Shown piece after piece: positions 1-11,436 of a DNA stretch of 32,000 nt (position 1 is the stretch's first letter; the number at the start of each line of letters is the position of its first letter). The translations under genes were made by a program, and so were the position numbers. The stretch comes from Coprobacillaceae bacterium (GTDB lineage: Bacteria > Bacillota_I > Bacilli_A > Erysipelotrichales > Coprobacillaceae): the NCBI GenBank assembly GCA_963675515.1, contig OY776328.1, positions 2,130,001 through 2,162,000 of the forward strand, given 5' to 3'. The notes beneath the pieces are model-generated. The model worked only from the letters and a program-made list of their open reading frames with translations. It searched no databases and was not told the DNA's origin.

Positions 1-266
1 ACATGTCCAGTAGCGACTTTTTCTTGAACGTTCATAATTAGTGCCTCAACATCGTCGTCTTCAACAACAACACTAACCTGGATTTTTGGTAATAAATTTA
101 TTGAAACTTTCAGTCCCCGTAATTCATTAAAATGAGATAAGTCCCCTTTTTGACTACCACATCCCATCACGGTTGTAATTGTCATTCCGCCGTAGTTCAT
201 TTCATCGACGATTTGTTTGACTACCTCTAATTTCTCAGGTCTAATGATCATCACTAATTCTTTCAT
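1..266 (-). CDS. P-II family nitrogen regulatory protein (C-terminus runs off the window)
   Basis: Reverse-strand translation from ATG at 266: MKELVMIIRPEKLEVVKQIVDEMNYGGMTITTVMGCGSQKG...LLPKIQVSVVVEDDDVEALI. This is the typical P-II (GlnB/GlnK/NrgB) fold signature. An AGGAGGA RBS lies at 273-279 (complement). The ORF is not in the supplied track because it is open at the window edge. Confidence 0.8.
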   Translation of the reverse strand, partial: MKELVMIIRPEKLEVVKQIVDEMNYGGMTITTVMGCGSQKGDLSHFNELRGLKVSINLLPKIQVSVVVEDDDVEALIMNVQEKVATGH

Positions 267-315
267 ACGTTTTCCTCCTGTGACAAGAAGTTATCGCGAT
301 AATAACTTCTTATTA

Positions 316-343
316 CATTATAACATGTCATTCTCTACTGTCA
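316..343 (-). promoter_or_regulatory. Putative sigma-A promoter for the P-II gene
   Basis: On the minus strand, TTGACA (343-338), a 16-nt spacer, then TATAAT (321-316), about 50 nt upstream of the ATG at 266. Confidence 0.35.
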
Positions 344-468
344 ATGTCACTTAAGTACAAGTGCAGAATTGTTTTTTAGGCTGACATCACAAATTTTTAC
401 GGAATATATTGTGCAATCAACATCTACCAGACAACAAAGGCGGGTAATTTTCGTACCCTAATTTTGTC

Positions 469-1178
469 TTATCCGATTTTATATGGATCCAATATATGGG
501 CCGAACAGTGCAAACATACGATGCCAATATGAAAATAAACGGTTACCACCTGATATCCGGACAATATTCTCTCAGCCGCCAAATGAAGTGTCATTTGTCT
601 AACCACCATCCATTTTTCGACCCGAAAAAGGTCTGAACACAGGAGTTTGGAGTGCACCTGCCACATTGTACACCAGGCAATACCACATTGTACATCGAAA
701 GGCCTGCCTTCAATTTCAAGACTGCAAGATAGACTCGCCACCAGCACAACTCATACCAGTCATTTTATCCGTATCCGACGATTTCCTGCCAACGTTCAAA
801 CGTGGCTTCAAATCATGCGGTTCCACCTGAAATTAAAAGTAGTGCAGATTCATATCAAAAGCTGTGACTGCATATTCCAATTGGAGGGATTAAATGTAGG
901 CGTCAAATATGCAAAAAAAGTTACCCGGAATTCCAGATAACTTGACAATCATATATCACTTCATTTAACTTGATAGTTCAATTTCAATTATCCGACCATT
1001 TCTCGACTACGTCCTTCATCAAGTAGAGATGGAGCGCTTTAAAGGTGTCCATTTTCCTGTTGGGGATTAGTGCAAAATATCCCAGATACCGTTTGGCTTT
1101 ACGGATTGCTCCTTCTTTGTAGATCACGGTTATGCCACCTTTAGGCGACTTCTTAACTTTGAAGAATTCAGCGTATGA
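469..1178 (-). mobile_element. Degenerate IS4/IS1634-like transposase debris (at least two fragments, no intact ORF)
   Basis: Minus-strand frame 1178->985 reads SYAEFFKVKKSPKGGITVIYKEGAIRKAKRYLGYFALIPNRKMDTFKALHLYLMKDVVEKWSDN*. The GYFAL..N and DVVEK pattern matches C-terminal regions of IS1634/IS4-type transposases as I recall them. Further down, 806->765 reads ATFERWQEIVGYG* (Y-x2-R-W-x-I-E-like DDE motif), and about 633->610 reads DLFRVEKW. Stops and frame changes lie between the pieces. Confidence 0.45.
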
Positions 1179-1186
1179 TTATTCGT

Positions 1187-3871
<2,685 letters not shown>

Positions 3872-4170
3872 CGCTAAATGTATCAAAAAAATTCTGTCTG
3901 ATATCCTTGAAATAATGGAGTCTAGGTGTAACAGGCACTCAACTATACTGTGTAGTCATTGGTCACCAGAGGGTTTGGTATCAACGCTTGGGTGAAGGTA
4001 CCGTTGCAGATGAAATACTTATAGGATTATTAACAGTTCATATAGCATCTTGTTACAAGGTTCGTCGATGAGGAAAGTATATTCAAAAATCAAATGATTA
4101 TCAGAAAGCCTGTCATTGACTGGCTCTCGTTAATGGACACCCCGGCTCTAGAAAGCGGACAAAGGTGGCT

Positions 4171-4377
4171 CTAAACGAATGGACAGAGTGGCTCCGCCAC
4201 ACCGGAATATTCATTCGCCGTTGAAGTGACCCAGGAATACTGCCGGTACACTTCCAGGCGCCAGTCGACATCGGAATAGTTGTTAGCAATCTCCTCCGAA
4301 GCTATCGGCTGTTCGGTTATCACCAGATGGACATACGACCAGGAGTTGATTGTTTGCTGGATAGTAAAACTTGCCAT
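4171..4377 (-). pseudogene. Short N-terminal fragment of a phage structural-type protein
   Basis: 68-aa ORF with an AGGAGGAG RBS overlapping the stop of the upstream fragment (phage-like tight packing). The pattern ITEQPIASEEIANNYSDVDWRLEVY..W.......Y.G resembles N-termini of siphovirus structural proteins (DUF859-like, from memory). It terminates prematurely. Confidence 0.3.
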
Positions 4378-4386
4378 CTTCTCCTC

Positions 4387-4965
4387 CTAACTGATTGTGA
4401 AGCCGAGTACCGGATCATAGTCCAACTTGAAGGCACAGTTTTTCAGGCAATCAGCGACCACACCTTGGTTGAAATTGAACTCCTGATTGAGATACAAGCG
4501 ATTTTATATCCGCCCTCCATAATGCAATTTCAGTCGTTCCTACCACTACTTCAGAGCTGCTCTGTGTGTCCCCGATATGTAAGTATTCTTCATCGAAGCG
4601 GAGATATTTCTCAGGCTGTGATGTCGAAACTTTCCCGGTCAGGGAATCGGTGTTTGTCTCAATCGATGTGAGCGTGGCGGGGAGCTGGCCGCGTTCTGGA
4701 TGATTTGGGAGCTTAGATGTTAGCTTATCGGTTCGATGTTTTGCGAATTTACCCCGCGTTGCTCGAGCAAGGTCGAGCGCATTTTACCTTTCCAGCGGGA
4801 CAAATCATAACTGACATAGTTTAGGCCCATTTTCTTGGCTACCCTACTTGGCGGACATAGAATTCCCGTAAGTTTCCAGTCCGCTGTTGGCCAAACCCAC
4901 TGTCCCAGATTTGAAAAGTAAAATCTTGCCTTTAATCCTTTGCCACGACTTTGCAAGCATCCCAT
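4387..4965 (-). pseudogene. Frameshifted phage tail / minor structural protein debris
   Basis: Three minus-strand frames carry protein-like pieces: GKILLFKSGTVGLANSGLETYGNSMSAK*, ...SSQIIQNAAS..., LTSIETNTDSLTGKVSTSQPEKYLRFDEEYLHIGDTQSSSEVVVGTTEIALWRADIKSLVSQSGVQFQ, then a 1-nt shift near 4465 into ...DCLKNCAFKLDYDPVLGFTIS*. The repeated S-x-I-x-(Q/T)-(N/T)-(A/T)-(D/A)-S...KVS units are typical of phage tail or minor structural proteins. Confidence 0.35.
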
Positions 4966-5003
4966 TTGATAAATTTCTCAATCAATGTCAAAAGTTATTT
5001 ACA

Positions 5004-5050
5004 TTGACTTTTAATGGTGATACACTGATTATGTAAAAAGTATTTTACAT
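5004..5050 (+). promoter_or_regulatory. Putative promoter plus palindromic operator of the XRE module
   Basis: TTGACT (5004-5009), 17 nt, GATTAT (5027-5032). A perfect inverted repeat ATGTAAAA-agta-TTTTACAT (5031-5050) overlaps the -10. One more TTTACAT half-site lies at 4997-5003. Confidence 0.35.
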
Positions 5051-5070
5051 ATTTAGAAAGAGGAAACACT

Positions 5071-5370
5071 ATGAAAAAAATGGATGAAATGGAATTAACA
5101 CACACATTAAAAGCAATTAAAATCGTATATTTGTATTCAATTATTTTTGAATTTATATATTGGACTGTTGAATGCATAATTTCCAATGAGATAAAATCTT
5201 CAGGCATGTTTTTATTACTTATCAGTCAAAACATTGTCTTCCATCTGGCTAGATATTACTATAAAATTAAAGTTGATGATCCCGAAGGCAAGCAAGGCAT
5301 CAAAGTATCCGGCTTTTCATTGCTAATTTGCATAGTAGCTGGATTAATTATTTACTTAATATCGAATTAG
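5071..5370 (+). CDS. Small membrane protein (99 aa, 3 predicted TM segments), unknown function
   Basis: ORF with an AGAGGAAA RBS 7 nt upstream and hydrophobic segments (IKIVYLYSIIFEFIYW, MFLLLISQNIVF, FSLLICIVAGLIIYLI). It is the first gene of a three-gene module with the XRE regulator. Confidence 0.55.
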   Translation: MKKMDEMELTHTLKAIKIVYLYSIIFEFIYWTVECIISNEIKSSGMFLLLISQNIVFHLARYYYKIKVDDPEGKQGIKVSGFSLLICIVAGLIIYLISN

Positions 5371-5429
5371 AGGAGGCCTTATGTCAATTATTTCCATGTA
5401 AGTCCAACATGGTAATTTGGCATTTAATT

Positions 5430-5639
5430 ATGAAAAATAATATTAGAGAATTAAGGAAAGAAAAAGGTATTTCACAAGAGATATTGTCACAAATGTGCAA
5501 CGTATCAAGACAAACAATAAACGCAATCGAAAACAACAAATATGATCCCACATTATCATTAGCGTTTCAATTAGCGAAGGTATTGGAAGTTACTGTAGAT
5601 GTTTTATTCATTCATGATGAGGACCAAAAAGATGAGTAA
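5430..5639 (+). CDS. XRE/Cro-CI family HTH transcriptional regulator (COG1476-like, 69 aa)
   Basis: MKNNIRELRKEKGISQEILSQMCNVSRQTINAIENNKYDPTLSLAFQLAKVLEVTVDVLFIHDED is the canonical short XRE HTH. I start it at the internal ATG 5430 rather than the ORF-track start 5328. Confidence 0.85.
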   Translation: MKNNIRELRKEKGISQEILSQMCNVSRQTINAIENNKYDPTLSLAFQLAKVLEVTVDVLFIHDEDQKDE

Positions 5640-5892
5640 ACGAGATATTATTGAAATATGGAAGAATTCGTACTTAGTAAATAATGATGAAAGAGGCAAA
5701 CAAATCAAGCATACAGCTGCCTGGAAATCATCGAAGAAACTAGATATTATATTATTTATTTCTTTATTTGGCTTTGCGTTTTTTCAACCCCAAGAACTGC
5801 ATGTGATATTGACTATAGCTTTCCTTGCAATTATCAAAACGAGTATAGAAATATACTACCGGGTGATTTACTCTAATGTTGATATTCAATAA
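5632..5892 (+). CDS. Small membrane protein (86 aa, 2 TM), unknown function
   Basis: ATG at 5632 overlaps the XRE stop by 8 nt (translational coupling). Hydrophobic segments: LDIILFISLFGFAFF and VILTIAFLAIIKTSI. Confidence 0.55.
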   Translation: MSKRDIIEIWKNSYLVNNDERGKQIKHTAAWKSSKKLDIILFISLFGFAFFQPQELHVILTIAFLAIIKTSIEIYYRVIYSNVDIQ

Positions 5893-6030
5893 TATCAGAC
5901 GCAAATTCACTGAAAATCAACTCCATCGCTTTCTTATTGCAAAGATGAAACTAGTTTATTATTGCTTATGATAAAAAAAGTGACTCTATTCATGCTCAAA
6001 AATAGAGCTAGATAGAGTCACGGATATTTG

Positions 6031-6057
6031 AAACGGCTTTAAATGGCCGTTTTTTTA
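6031..6057 (+). terminator. Rho-independent terminator between the XRE module and ssrA
   Basis: AAACGGC-tttaaat-GCCGTTT hairpin followed by a T-run (6050-6057). A second 10-bp inverted repeat GTGACTCTAT...ATAGAGTCAC lies at 5979-6020. Confidence 0.5.
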
Positions 6058-6061
6058 CTAT

Positions 6062-6410
6062 TGGTGGAGGTGAGGGGAATCGAACCCCTGTCCAAAGACT
6101 GCTCCTCCAAAGCGTCTACAGCTTAGTCAATTGAGAGGATTTAACCGGGCTAAAACCAACTGACAAGTGTTCACCAGGCGATCTCTGAGGTTTTCGAGAT
6201 CAATGTTCGAGCACCATTGATCCTTATCCTGTTGGTTATTGGACCAGTAAGCCTACGACAGGAACGTAAACTCGTGGTGCTTTCAGTCTATATTGACTAT
6301 GCGAAAGCTAAAGATTGATTTCTGTTTCCAGTTATTTGTTTGTGCACTTAACGTATGCCGACGGCTGCAACTAAGGTCAAACTAGCCCCTGTCGAATCCA
6401 GGACACCCCC
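6062..6410 (-). ncRNA. ssrA: tmRNA (SsrA)
   Basis: Minus strand starts GGGGGTGTCCTGGATTCGACAGGGGC and ends GGGGTTCGATTCCCCTCACCTCCACCA, the tRNA-Ala-like acceptor/T-arm with CCA. The internal tag ORF is GGA AAC AGA AAT CAA TCT TTA GCT TTC GCA TAG (6329->6297). It lies 1 nt downstream of smpB. Confidence 0.93.
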
Positions 6411-6411
6411 G

Positions 6412-6858
6412 TTAGTAATTCTTTAATGCTTTTTCTATTTCTCGTTTAGCATCACGAGCTTTCAAGTCCTCACGCTTGTCGTAAAGTTTCTTACCTTTGG
6501 CTATCCCGATTTCCAGTTTTGCCTTCGAAGAATCACCGAAGTAAAGTTTGGTGGCAACCACAGTCAGTCCGCCTTCTTTAAGCTTGGTTTCGATCTTCTT
6601 GATCTCTTTACGGTGAAGCAAGAGTTTTCTTGTTCTTGTCGGTTCGTGATTGAAAATATTACCCATTTCATAAGGAGAGATATGCATGTTGACGATCTCG
6701 ACTTCATTGTTTTTTATGCGCACGTAGCTGTCTTTCAAGTTGACATTGCCTAGCCGGACCGATTTAATTTCCGTCCCTTTAAGTTCAATGCCAGCCTCAA
6801 AAGTATCAAGAATAAAATAATCATGATAAGCTTTTTTGTTGTTCGAAATAATCTTCAT
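6412..6858 (-). CDS. smpB: SsrA-binding protein SmpB
   Basis: [35 protein letters not shown]...[11 protein letters not shown]...GKKLYDKRE is canonical SmpB. ATG at 6858 with a GGAGG RBS is preferred over the TTG at 6876 in the ORF track. Confidence 0.95.
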   Translation of the reverse strand: MKIISNNKKAYHDYFILDTFEAGIELKGTEIKSVRLGNVNLKDSYVRIKNNEVEIVNMHISPYEMGNIFNHEPTRTRKLLLHRKEIKKIETKLKEGGLTVVATKLYFGDSSKAKLEIGIAKGKKLYDKREDLKARDAKREIEKALKNY

Positions 6859-6912
6859 CCATATCACCTCCTTCAATGCGTATACTATATTGTAGCTTAA
6901 TTAATCAAATTG

Positions 6913-9216
6913 TCAAGTCTTGTCAGGTTTATTTCCTGAACTTTTTCTTTTCCGGTTCGAGCTCTTGGTTGAGCTGCCTTTGGCGGGAGCACCTTTGCCT
7001 TTATGGCGGCTTCTAGTTTTGAAGTTGTCCGGTTTCGGTTTTTTCTTGCCGAACTCTTCCTTGCCTTTATGCTGTTTCTGTGAGCTTGGGTTGACGCGGC
7101 GTTTCTTGTTCGATTTGGTCACCAGTTCGAAGTCGATCCTTTTCTCGGCTTTCGATGCCGATTTGAGTTTGACTTTGACCTTCTGCCCCATGCCATAGAC
7201 ACTACCGGTATGGCGACCCAGGTAGCGGAGCTTCACTTCATCATAGAAGTAGTAGTCGTCAACCATGTCGACCACATGGACCAGCCCTTCGATTGTGTTT
7301 TCCAGTTCGACGAACATTCCGAAGTTCGTGACCGAGGAAATGACACCATCGAACACCTGCCCGACCTTCGCTTCCATGAATTCGGCTTTTTTCATATCCT
7401 CGACTTCACGTTCGATGTCGATTGCCAGCCGTTCATTGTCGCTCGATTTAAGTGCCAGGTCCGGAATGACCGATTCATAGTGGCGGATTGTTTTCATATC
7501 CATCCGTTTTTCAAACAGGTAAGTGCGGATCAGCCGATGCACAAGCAAATCCGGATAACGGCGGATTGGTGAAGTGAAGTGGGTATAGAAATCAGCAGCC
7601 AGACCGAAATGGCCCAGACAGCTCTGGTCATAACGGGCCTTGGCCATGGAACGGAGCATCAATGTCGCGATGACCTGATGTTCATCCTTGCCCCTGCTGT
7701 CCTCGATAATGGCCGCCAGCTGGTTTGGATACATGTCATCCAGCGAACCATGAGGCCGGTAGCCAAAGGCCGAAGCGATCGAGAAGAATTTAACCAGCTT
7801 CTTGACATCAGGATGTTCATGGACCCGGTAAATGAACGGCACTTCCATCCAGTGGAACCGTTGGGCGATTGTCTCGTTGGCCACGAGCATGAATTCTTCA
7901 ATCATCCGCTCGCTGATACCTCTTGTCCGGACCACGATATCGATCGGGAAGCCGGTCTCATTGACAACAACTTTGCTTTCATCAATGTCGAAGTCAATCG
8001 AACCGCGGCGGTCCCGGAACTTCCGGCGGATTGCCGCCAGGTCTTCCATCTGGTAGAACATCTCGAGCACATCATGATATTCGCTCATCAACTGGGTGTC
8101 CCCGGCCAGAATCTTGTTGACATTATTGTAGGTCATCCGATGGGTCGACTTGATGATTGACGGGTGGATCTCGCTGCGAAGCACATCCCCCTTATGGTCG
8201 ATCTCCATAAAGCAGGAAATCGTCAACCGGTCCACCTGAGGATTGAGGGAACAGATCCCGTTGGAAAGCTTGTGGGGGAGCATCGGAATAACCCGGTCAA
8301 CCAGGTAGATCGAAGTACCACGCTCCACCGCTTCAACGTCCAGGGGACTGTCTTCAGTCACGTAATGGGAAACATCGGCGATATGGACACCCAGATAGTA
8401 ATTGCCATTAGGCAGTTTTTCCAGTGATATCGCATCATCCAGGTCCATCGCATCGTCACCGTCGATGGTAACGATAGTCATGTCGGTCAGATCAAGCCGG
8501 CCTTCATGTTCGGATCTGATAACCTGATCAGGGATATTCTCGATCTGGTCGAACACCGCTTTGGGAAATTCAATGTCCACCCCGTGGTCATAGACGATCG
8601 AGAGGATGTCGATCCCTGGATCGGTGGCATGGCCCAGGATCTTGACGATATCGCCTTTTAGCGGCAGCTTGTAGACTTTGATCTCGACGACAACCTTGTG
8701 ACCCGGCATCGCCCCATGGGCATGGGCCGCATCGACATAGATCTTTTCCTTGAACCTACTGTCGTCGCATTCGACATAAAGATGGTTATGGCTGTTTTTC
8801 TTGACCAGACCGACAACTTTCTTGCGGCCCCGTTCGATTACTCCCACAACAACCCCTTCAGGACGGCTTGCCCCATGAGGTGTCGTCAGCTTGATCAGGA
8901 CCACGTCCTTGTCGAAGGCATCCTTGATGTTGGACTTGTCGATAAAGACATCCTTCTCATCTTCGCCGATCTTGACAAAGCCAAAGCCGCGTTCATGGAC
9001 CGACAGGGTTCCTAAACGCATGTCGAGCTGTTCGATCAGGAAATACTGGTTGAACTTGTTGCGGTAGATCTTCCCAGCCAGTTCCAGTTCGTTCAATGCC
9101 TTCAACAATTCGTTGTTGTTGGCGCCCTTGTCGACCTTGAAGCTTGTCGCAATCTGGTCGATGGTGCGGAGCAGATTGTTTTCATCTTTCAAATATTCTA
9201 AAATTTTCTCTTTCAT
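6913..9216 (-). CDS. rnr: Ribonuclease R
   Basis: 767 aa. It has an RNB catalytic region (TIDGDDAMDLDDAIS, HIADVSHYV, FTSPIRRYPDL), a C-terminal S1 domain (GVISSVTNFGMFVEL) and a Lys-rich tail. The secG-rnr-smpB-ssrA order is conserved in Bacillota. Confidence 0.95.
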   Translation of the reverse strand: MKEKILEYLKDENNLLRTIDQIATSFKVDKGANNNELLKALNELELAGKIYRNKFNQYFLIEQLDMRLGTLSVHERGFGFVKIGEDEKDVFIDKSNIKDAFDKDVVLIKLTTPHGASRPEGVVVGVIERGRKKVVGLVKKNSHNHLYVECDDSRFKEKIYVDAAHAHGAMPGHKVVVEIKVYKLPLKGDIVKILGHATDPGIDILSIVYDHGVDIEFPKAVFDQIENIPDQVIRSEHEGRLDLTDMTIVTIDGDDAMDLDDAISLEKLPNGNYYLGVHIADVSHYVTEDSPLDVEAVERGTSIYLVDRVIPMLPHKLSNGICSLNPQVDRLTISCFMEIDHKGDVLRSEIHPSIIKSTHRMTYNNVNKILAGDTQLMSEYHDVLEMFYQMEDLAAIRRKFRDRRGSIDFDIDESKVVVNETGFPIDIVVRTRGISERMIEEFMLVANETIAQRFHWMEVPFIYRVHEHPDVKKLVKFFSIASAFGYRPHGSLDDMYPNQLAAIIEDSRGKDEHQVIATLMLRSMAKARYDQSCLGHFGLAADFYTHFTSPIRRYPDLLVHRLIRTYLFEKRMDMKTIRHYESVIPDLALKSSDNERLAIDIEREVEDMKKAEFMEAKVGQVFDGVISSVTNFGMFVELENTIEGLVHVVDMVDDYYFYDEVKLRYLGRHTGSVYGMGQKVKVKLKSASKAEKRIDFELVTKSNKKRRVNPSSQKQHKGKEEFGKKKPKPDNFKTRSRHKGKGAPAKGSSTKSSNRKRKSSGNKPDKT

Positions 9217-9237
9217 TATTGCCTCCTTGATTTAGGC

Positions 9238-9265
9238 CAAAAAAAATAGGACAGTATCGTCCTAA
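9238..9265 (-). terminator. Rho-independent terminator after secG
   Basis: Minus strand: TAGGAC-gatact-GTCCTA hairpin followed by TTTTTTTT. Confidence 0.55.
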
Positions 9266-9269
9266 TTTA

Positions 9270-9497
9270 CTACATTCTTAACAAGATCGCGATTACGAAA
9301 AACGCAATCCCCAATCCAGTGGTGGCACGAGTCATGATCAGATCGATGCCTCTTTCCTTTTGGTCCTGAAACAACGCCGATGACTGCCCAGTCAAGGCAT
9401 TGATGACACCTTCGGATTTTCCACTTTGTAATAAACATAGTATAGCAAGAACGATTGCGATGATAAATTCAATTATCAATAAGAAATCACCAAACAT
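9270..9497 (-). CDS. secG: Preprotein translocase subunit SecG
   Basis: 75 aa with two TM segments and the loop LLQSGKSEG....LTG typical of SecG. GAAGGAGG RBS. Position upstream of rnr-smpB. Confidence 0.8.
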   Translation of the reverse strand: MFGDFLLIIEFIIAIVLAILCLLQSGKSEGVINALTGQSSALFQDQKERGIDLIMTRATTGLGIAFFVIAILLRM

Positions 9498-9594
9498 ACT
9501 ATACCTCCTTCTTGTGTAACAAATATATCACATTTTTCATATTTTTTCAACTCAATTAATAATACCCCAACCGCAAATCAATTACAAGACATAT

Positions 9595-10020
9595 TTATAT
9601 CCGGTCGATCTTTTTGACCATCAGCACATGGGGCACTTCCTCGTCGAGGTATTCGTCCCCGAGAATTTCAAATCCCAGCTGCTCATAGAATTCCTTCACT
9701 CTCACCTGGGCGGAAAGATAGAGTTCATGGGCGCCAAGCTGTCTGGCATATTCGATCGCGCATTTGAGGATCCGGCTCCCGATCTTCTTTTTGCGCCACG
9801 GCTGGATGACCGCAATCCGGCCGACATGCCATGATTTGTCTTTCATATCGTAATAGACCCGGCAGGTGGCAATCGCGATCTTGTCATGGTACATGACCAG
9901 ATGGTGCGCCGTATCATCGATTTCATCGAATTCATTGACGAAGCTCTGTTCCTCCACAAAAACCTGCAGGCGGATCGCCTTTATATCCGGTGTTAGATTA
10001 TCATACACTTTCACAATCAT
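9595..10020 (-). CDS. GNAT family N-acetyltransferase
   Basis: 141 aa. Acetyl-CoA binding motif A: RIAVIQPWRKKKIGSRILKCAIEYARQLG. AGGAGG RBS. Confidence 0.85.
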   Translation of the reverse strand: MIVKVYDNLTPDIKAIRLQVFVEEQSFVNEFDEIDDTAHHLVMYHDKIAIATCRVYYDMKDKSWHVGRIAVIQPWRKKKIGSRILKCAIEYARQLGAHELYLSAQVRVKEFYEQLGFEILGDEYLDEEVPHVLMVKKIDRI

Positions 10021-10203
10021 CGTTTTTACCTCCTGTTGTCTGCTTATTAAATATTACCAATTATGCCATCAAAGTCAATCGCAACCCGATATAATAATCA
10101 AGTAATTTTAAATTATTAAAATATATTTTCATATATTGAAAACTATAACTGTTTTCACGGAATAGGTATATAATAGGATCATAAAGATAAAGGAGATTCC
10201 ACC

Positions 10204-11301
10204 ATGCACAAATTAGGTATTTCAGTTTACCCCGACAAGAGCGATTTAGATGAAGTCTATGCCTATGTCAAAAGAGCCAGCGAACTTGGCTACACCCGTA
10301 TCTTCACTTGCTTTCTATCAGTAGACAAACAGACCAGATCAGAATATTTCAAGGTTTTCAAGAACTTCAGCCAATACTGCCACGAATTAGGTTTCGAACT
10401 GGCTGTCGATACCAACCCTGAAATCTTCGCCGAGATCGGAGCTACCCCTACCAACCTGCAGCCTTTAATCGACCTTGGTGTCGACATCATCCGGCTCGAT
10501 GGCGATTTTTCCCTGCAGGACAATATCCTTATTTCCCGCAACCAGGACAACATCAAGATCGAATTCAATGCCAGCATGAATGCCGGCCTGGACAACATGA
10601 TTGCCTCAGGTGGCAACCGTGATGCCATCCAGGTATGCCACAACTTCTATCCTGAACGCTACACCGGTTTGGACCTGCAGCTCTATCAGGATCTCAACCA
10701 GAAATGGAAGGACCTCAACCTGGTGACGGCAGCCTTCGTCTCTTCGAACAATGAAAACACCATCGGCCCATGGCAGGTGTTCTGTGGTTTGCCTAGCGTG
10801 GAAATCCACCGCGGCTTGCCAATCGACCTGCAGGCGCGTCATCTTATTGCCCTGGGACAGATTGATGACATCCTGATCGGGAACTATCCCGCAACCGACG
10901 AGGAACTGGTGGCCCTTTCCAAAGTCAACTGGCAATACCTGGAATTCAAGGTTGACCTTGAAGAAGGTGCAAGCGACCTGGAAAAGGAAATCCTGCTTGA
11001 TTTCTTCCCACATATGGACCGGCCTGACTATTCAAGCTTCATGATCCGCTCAAGCTACCCACGGATCAAATACAAAGGAAAGGAAATTCCCCACCGTCCG
11101 GTTGAAAAGGAATACTTCGAACCTGGGGACATCGTCATTGTCAACGACAACCTGGCCCACTATCGGGGCGAACTGCAAATCGTACTCGACTATATCAAGA
11201 ACGATGGGGAACGCAACCTGGTGGCAACCATACCGTCTGAGGAAATGGCCCTGGTCGAAGCCTTCAAACCAGGCATCTACTTCTACTTCACCAAAAAATA
11301 G
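10204..11301 (+). CDS. mupG: DUF871 / MupG-like 6-phospho-N-acetylmuramidase family protein
   Basis: N-terminus MHKLGISVYPDKS...YVKRASELGYTRIFTCFLSV and length (365 aa) match the DUF871 family as I recall it. AAGGAG RBS. Confidence 0.65.
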   Translation: MHKLGISVYPDKSDLDEVYAYVKRASELGYTRIFTCFLSVDKQTRSEYFKVFKNFSQYCHELGFELAVDTNPEIFAEIGATPTNLQPLIDLGVDIIRLDGDFSLQDNILISRNQDNIKIEFNASMNAGLDNMIASGGNRDAIQVCHNFYPERYTGLDLQLYQDLNQKWKDLNLVTAAFVSSNNENTIGPWQVFCGLPSVEIHRGLPIDLQARHLIALGQIDDILIGNYPATDEELVALSKVNWQYLEFKVDLEEGASDLEKEILLDFFPHMDRPDYSSFMIRSSYPRIKYKGKEIPHRPVEKEYFEPGDIVIVNDNLAHYRGELQIVLDYIKNDGERNLVATIPSEEMALVEAFKPGIYFYFTKK

Positions 11302-11305
11302 TTTA

Positions 11306-11330
11306 AAGGAACCCTCCCGGGTTCCTTTTC
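11306..11330. terminator. Bidirectional terminator hairpin (copy A)
   Basis: AAAGGAACCC-tccc-GGGTTCCTTTT directly after the mupG-like stop. An identical hairpin recurs at 12677-12698. Confidence 0.7.
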
Positions 11331-11433
11331 ATATTAGAAAAATTTGTTCAATGCCTTGAGCAAACCGCCATCCATGAAGTCATCGGTCACGTAGTCGGCG
11401 ATATGTTTGAGCTCATCGTCATCATTACCTATT
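11307..11433. repeat. Direct repeat copy A (terminator plus relic 3' end of the HAD gene)
   Basis: Aligns base-for-base with 12677-12802. There is one 1-nt indel and, by eye, roughly 85 percent identity. Confidence 0.85.
11334..11429 (-). pseudogene. Relic 3' end (31 codons plus stop) of a Cof-type HAD hydrolase
   Basis: Minus-strand translation is GNDDDELKHIADYVTDDFMDGGLLKALNKFF*. The live gene's C-terminus is GNGVDELKQIADYVTDDFMDDGLLKALNKFF*. Confidence 0.85.
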
Positions 11434-11436
11434 TCA

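Noticed and set aside
469-940. ORFs 469-747 (-) and 647-940 (+) as possible genes
   Set aside because: They have no RBS, overlap each other, and their translations are not protein-like as a whole. The region is better explained as frameshifted transposase debris (isolated motif fragments in several frames).
4720-4965. 81-aa ORF with an HTH-like stretch (SRVAKKMGLNYVSYDLSRW), considered as a small regulator or transposase OrfA
   Set aside because: It has no RBS, adjacent frames carry phage-tail-like segments, and the ORF is more likely a chance open frame within the frameshifted pseudogene.
4995-5207. 70-aa minus-strand ORF overlapping the XRE-module promoter and first gene
   Set aside because: It is antisense to a better-supported membrane-protein ORF with an RBS, and is a very AT-rich chance ORF.
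6920-9015. Many antisense or out-of-frame ORFs inside rnr (for example 6920-7198, 7210-7572, 7579-8160, 8164-8427, 8698-9015)
   Set aside because: They lie entirely within a long, well-supported gene on the opposite strand, lack RBSs, and have low-complexity or unrecognisable translations. They are typical shadow ORFs. The same applies to the ORFs nested in nadE, addB, addA, metN, mreB, the CBS protein, HAD, mupG and the LysR gene.
11102-11359. 85-aa plus-strand ORF spanning the mupG-like stop and the terminator
   Set aside because: It is out of frame within the mupG-like gene and reads through the terminator hairpin into the HAD relic antisense. It is a chance ORF.
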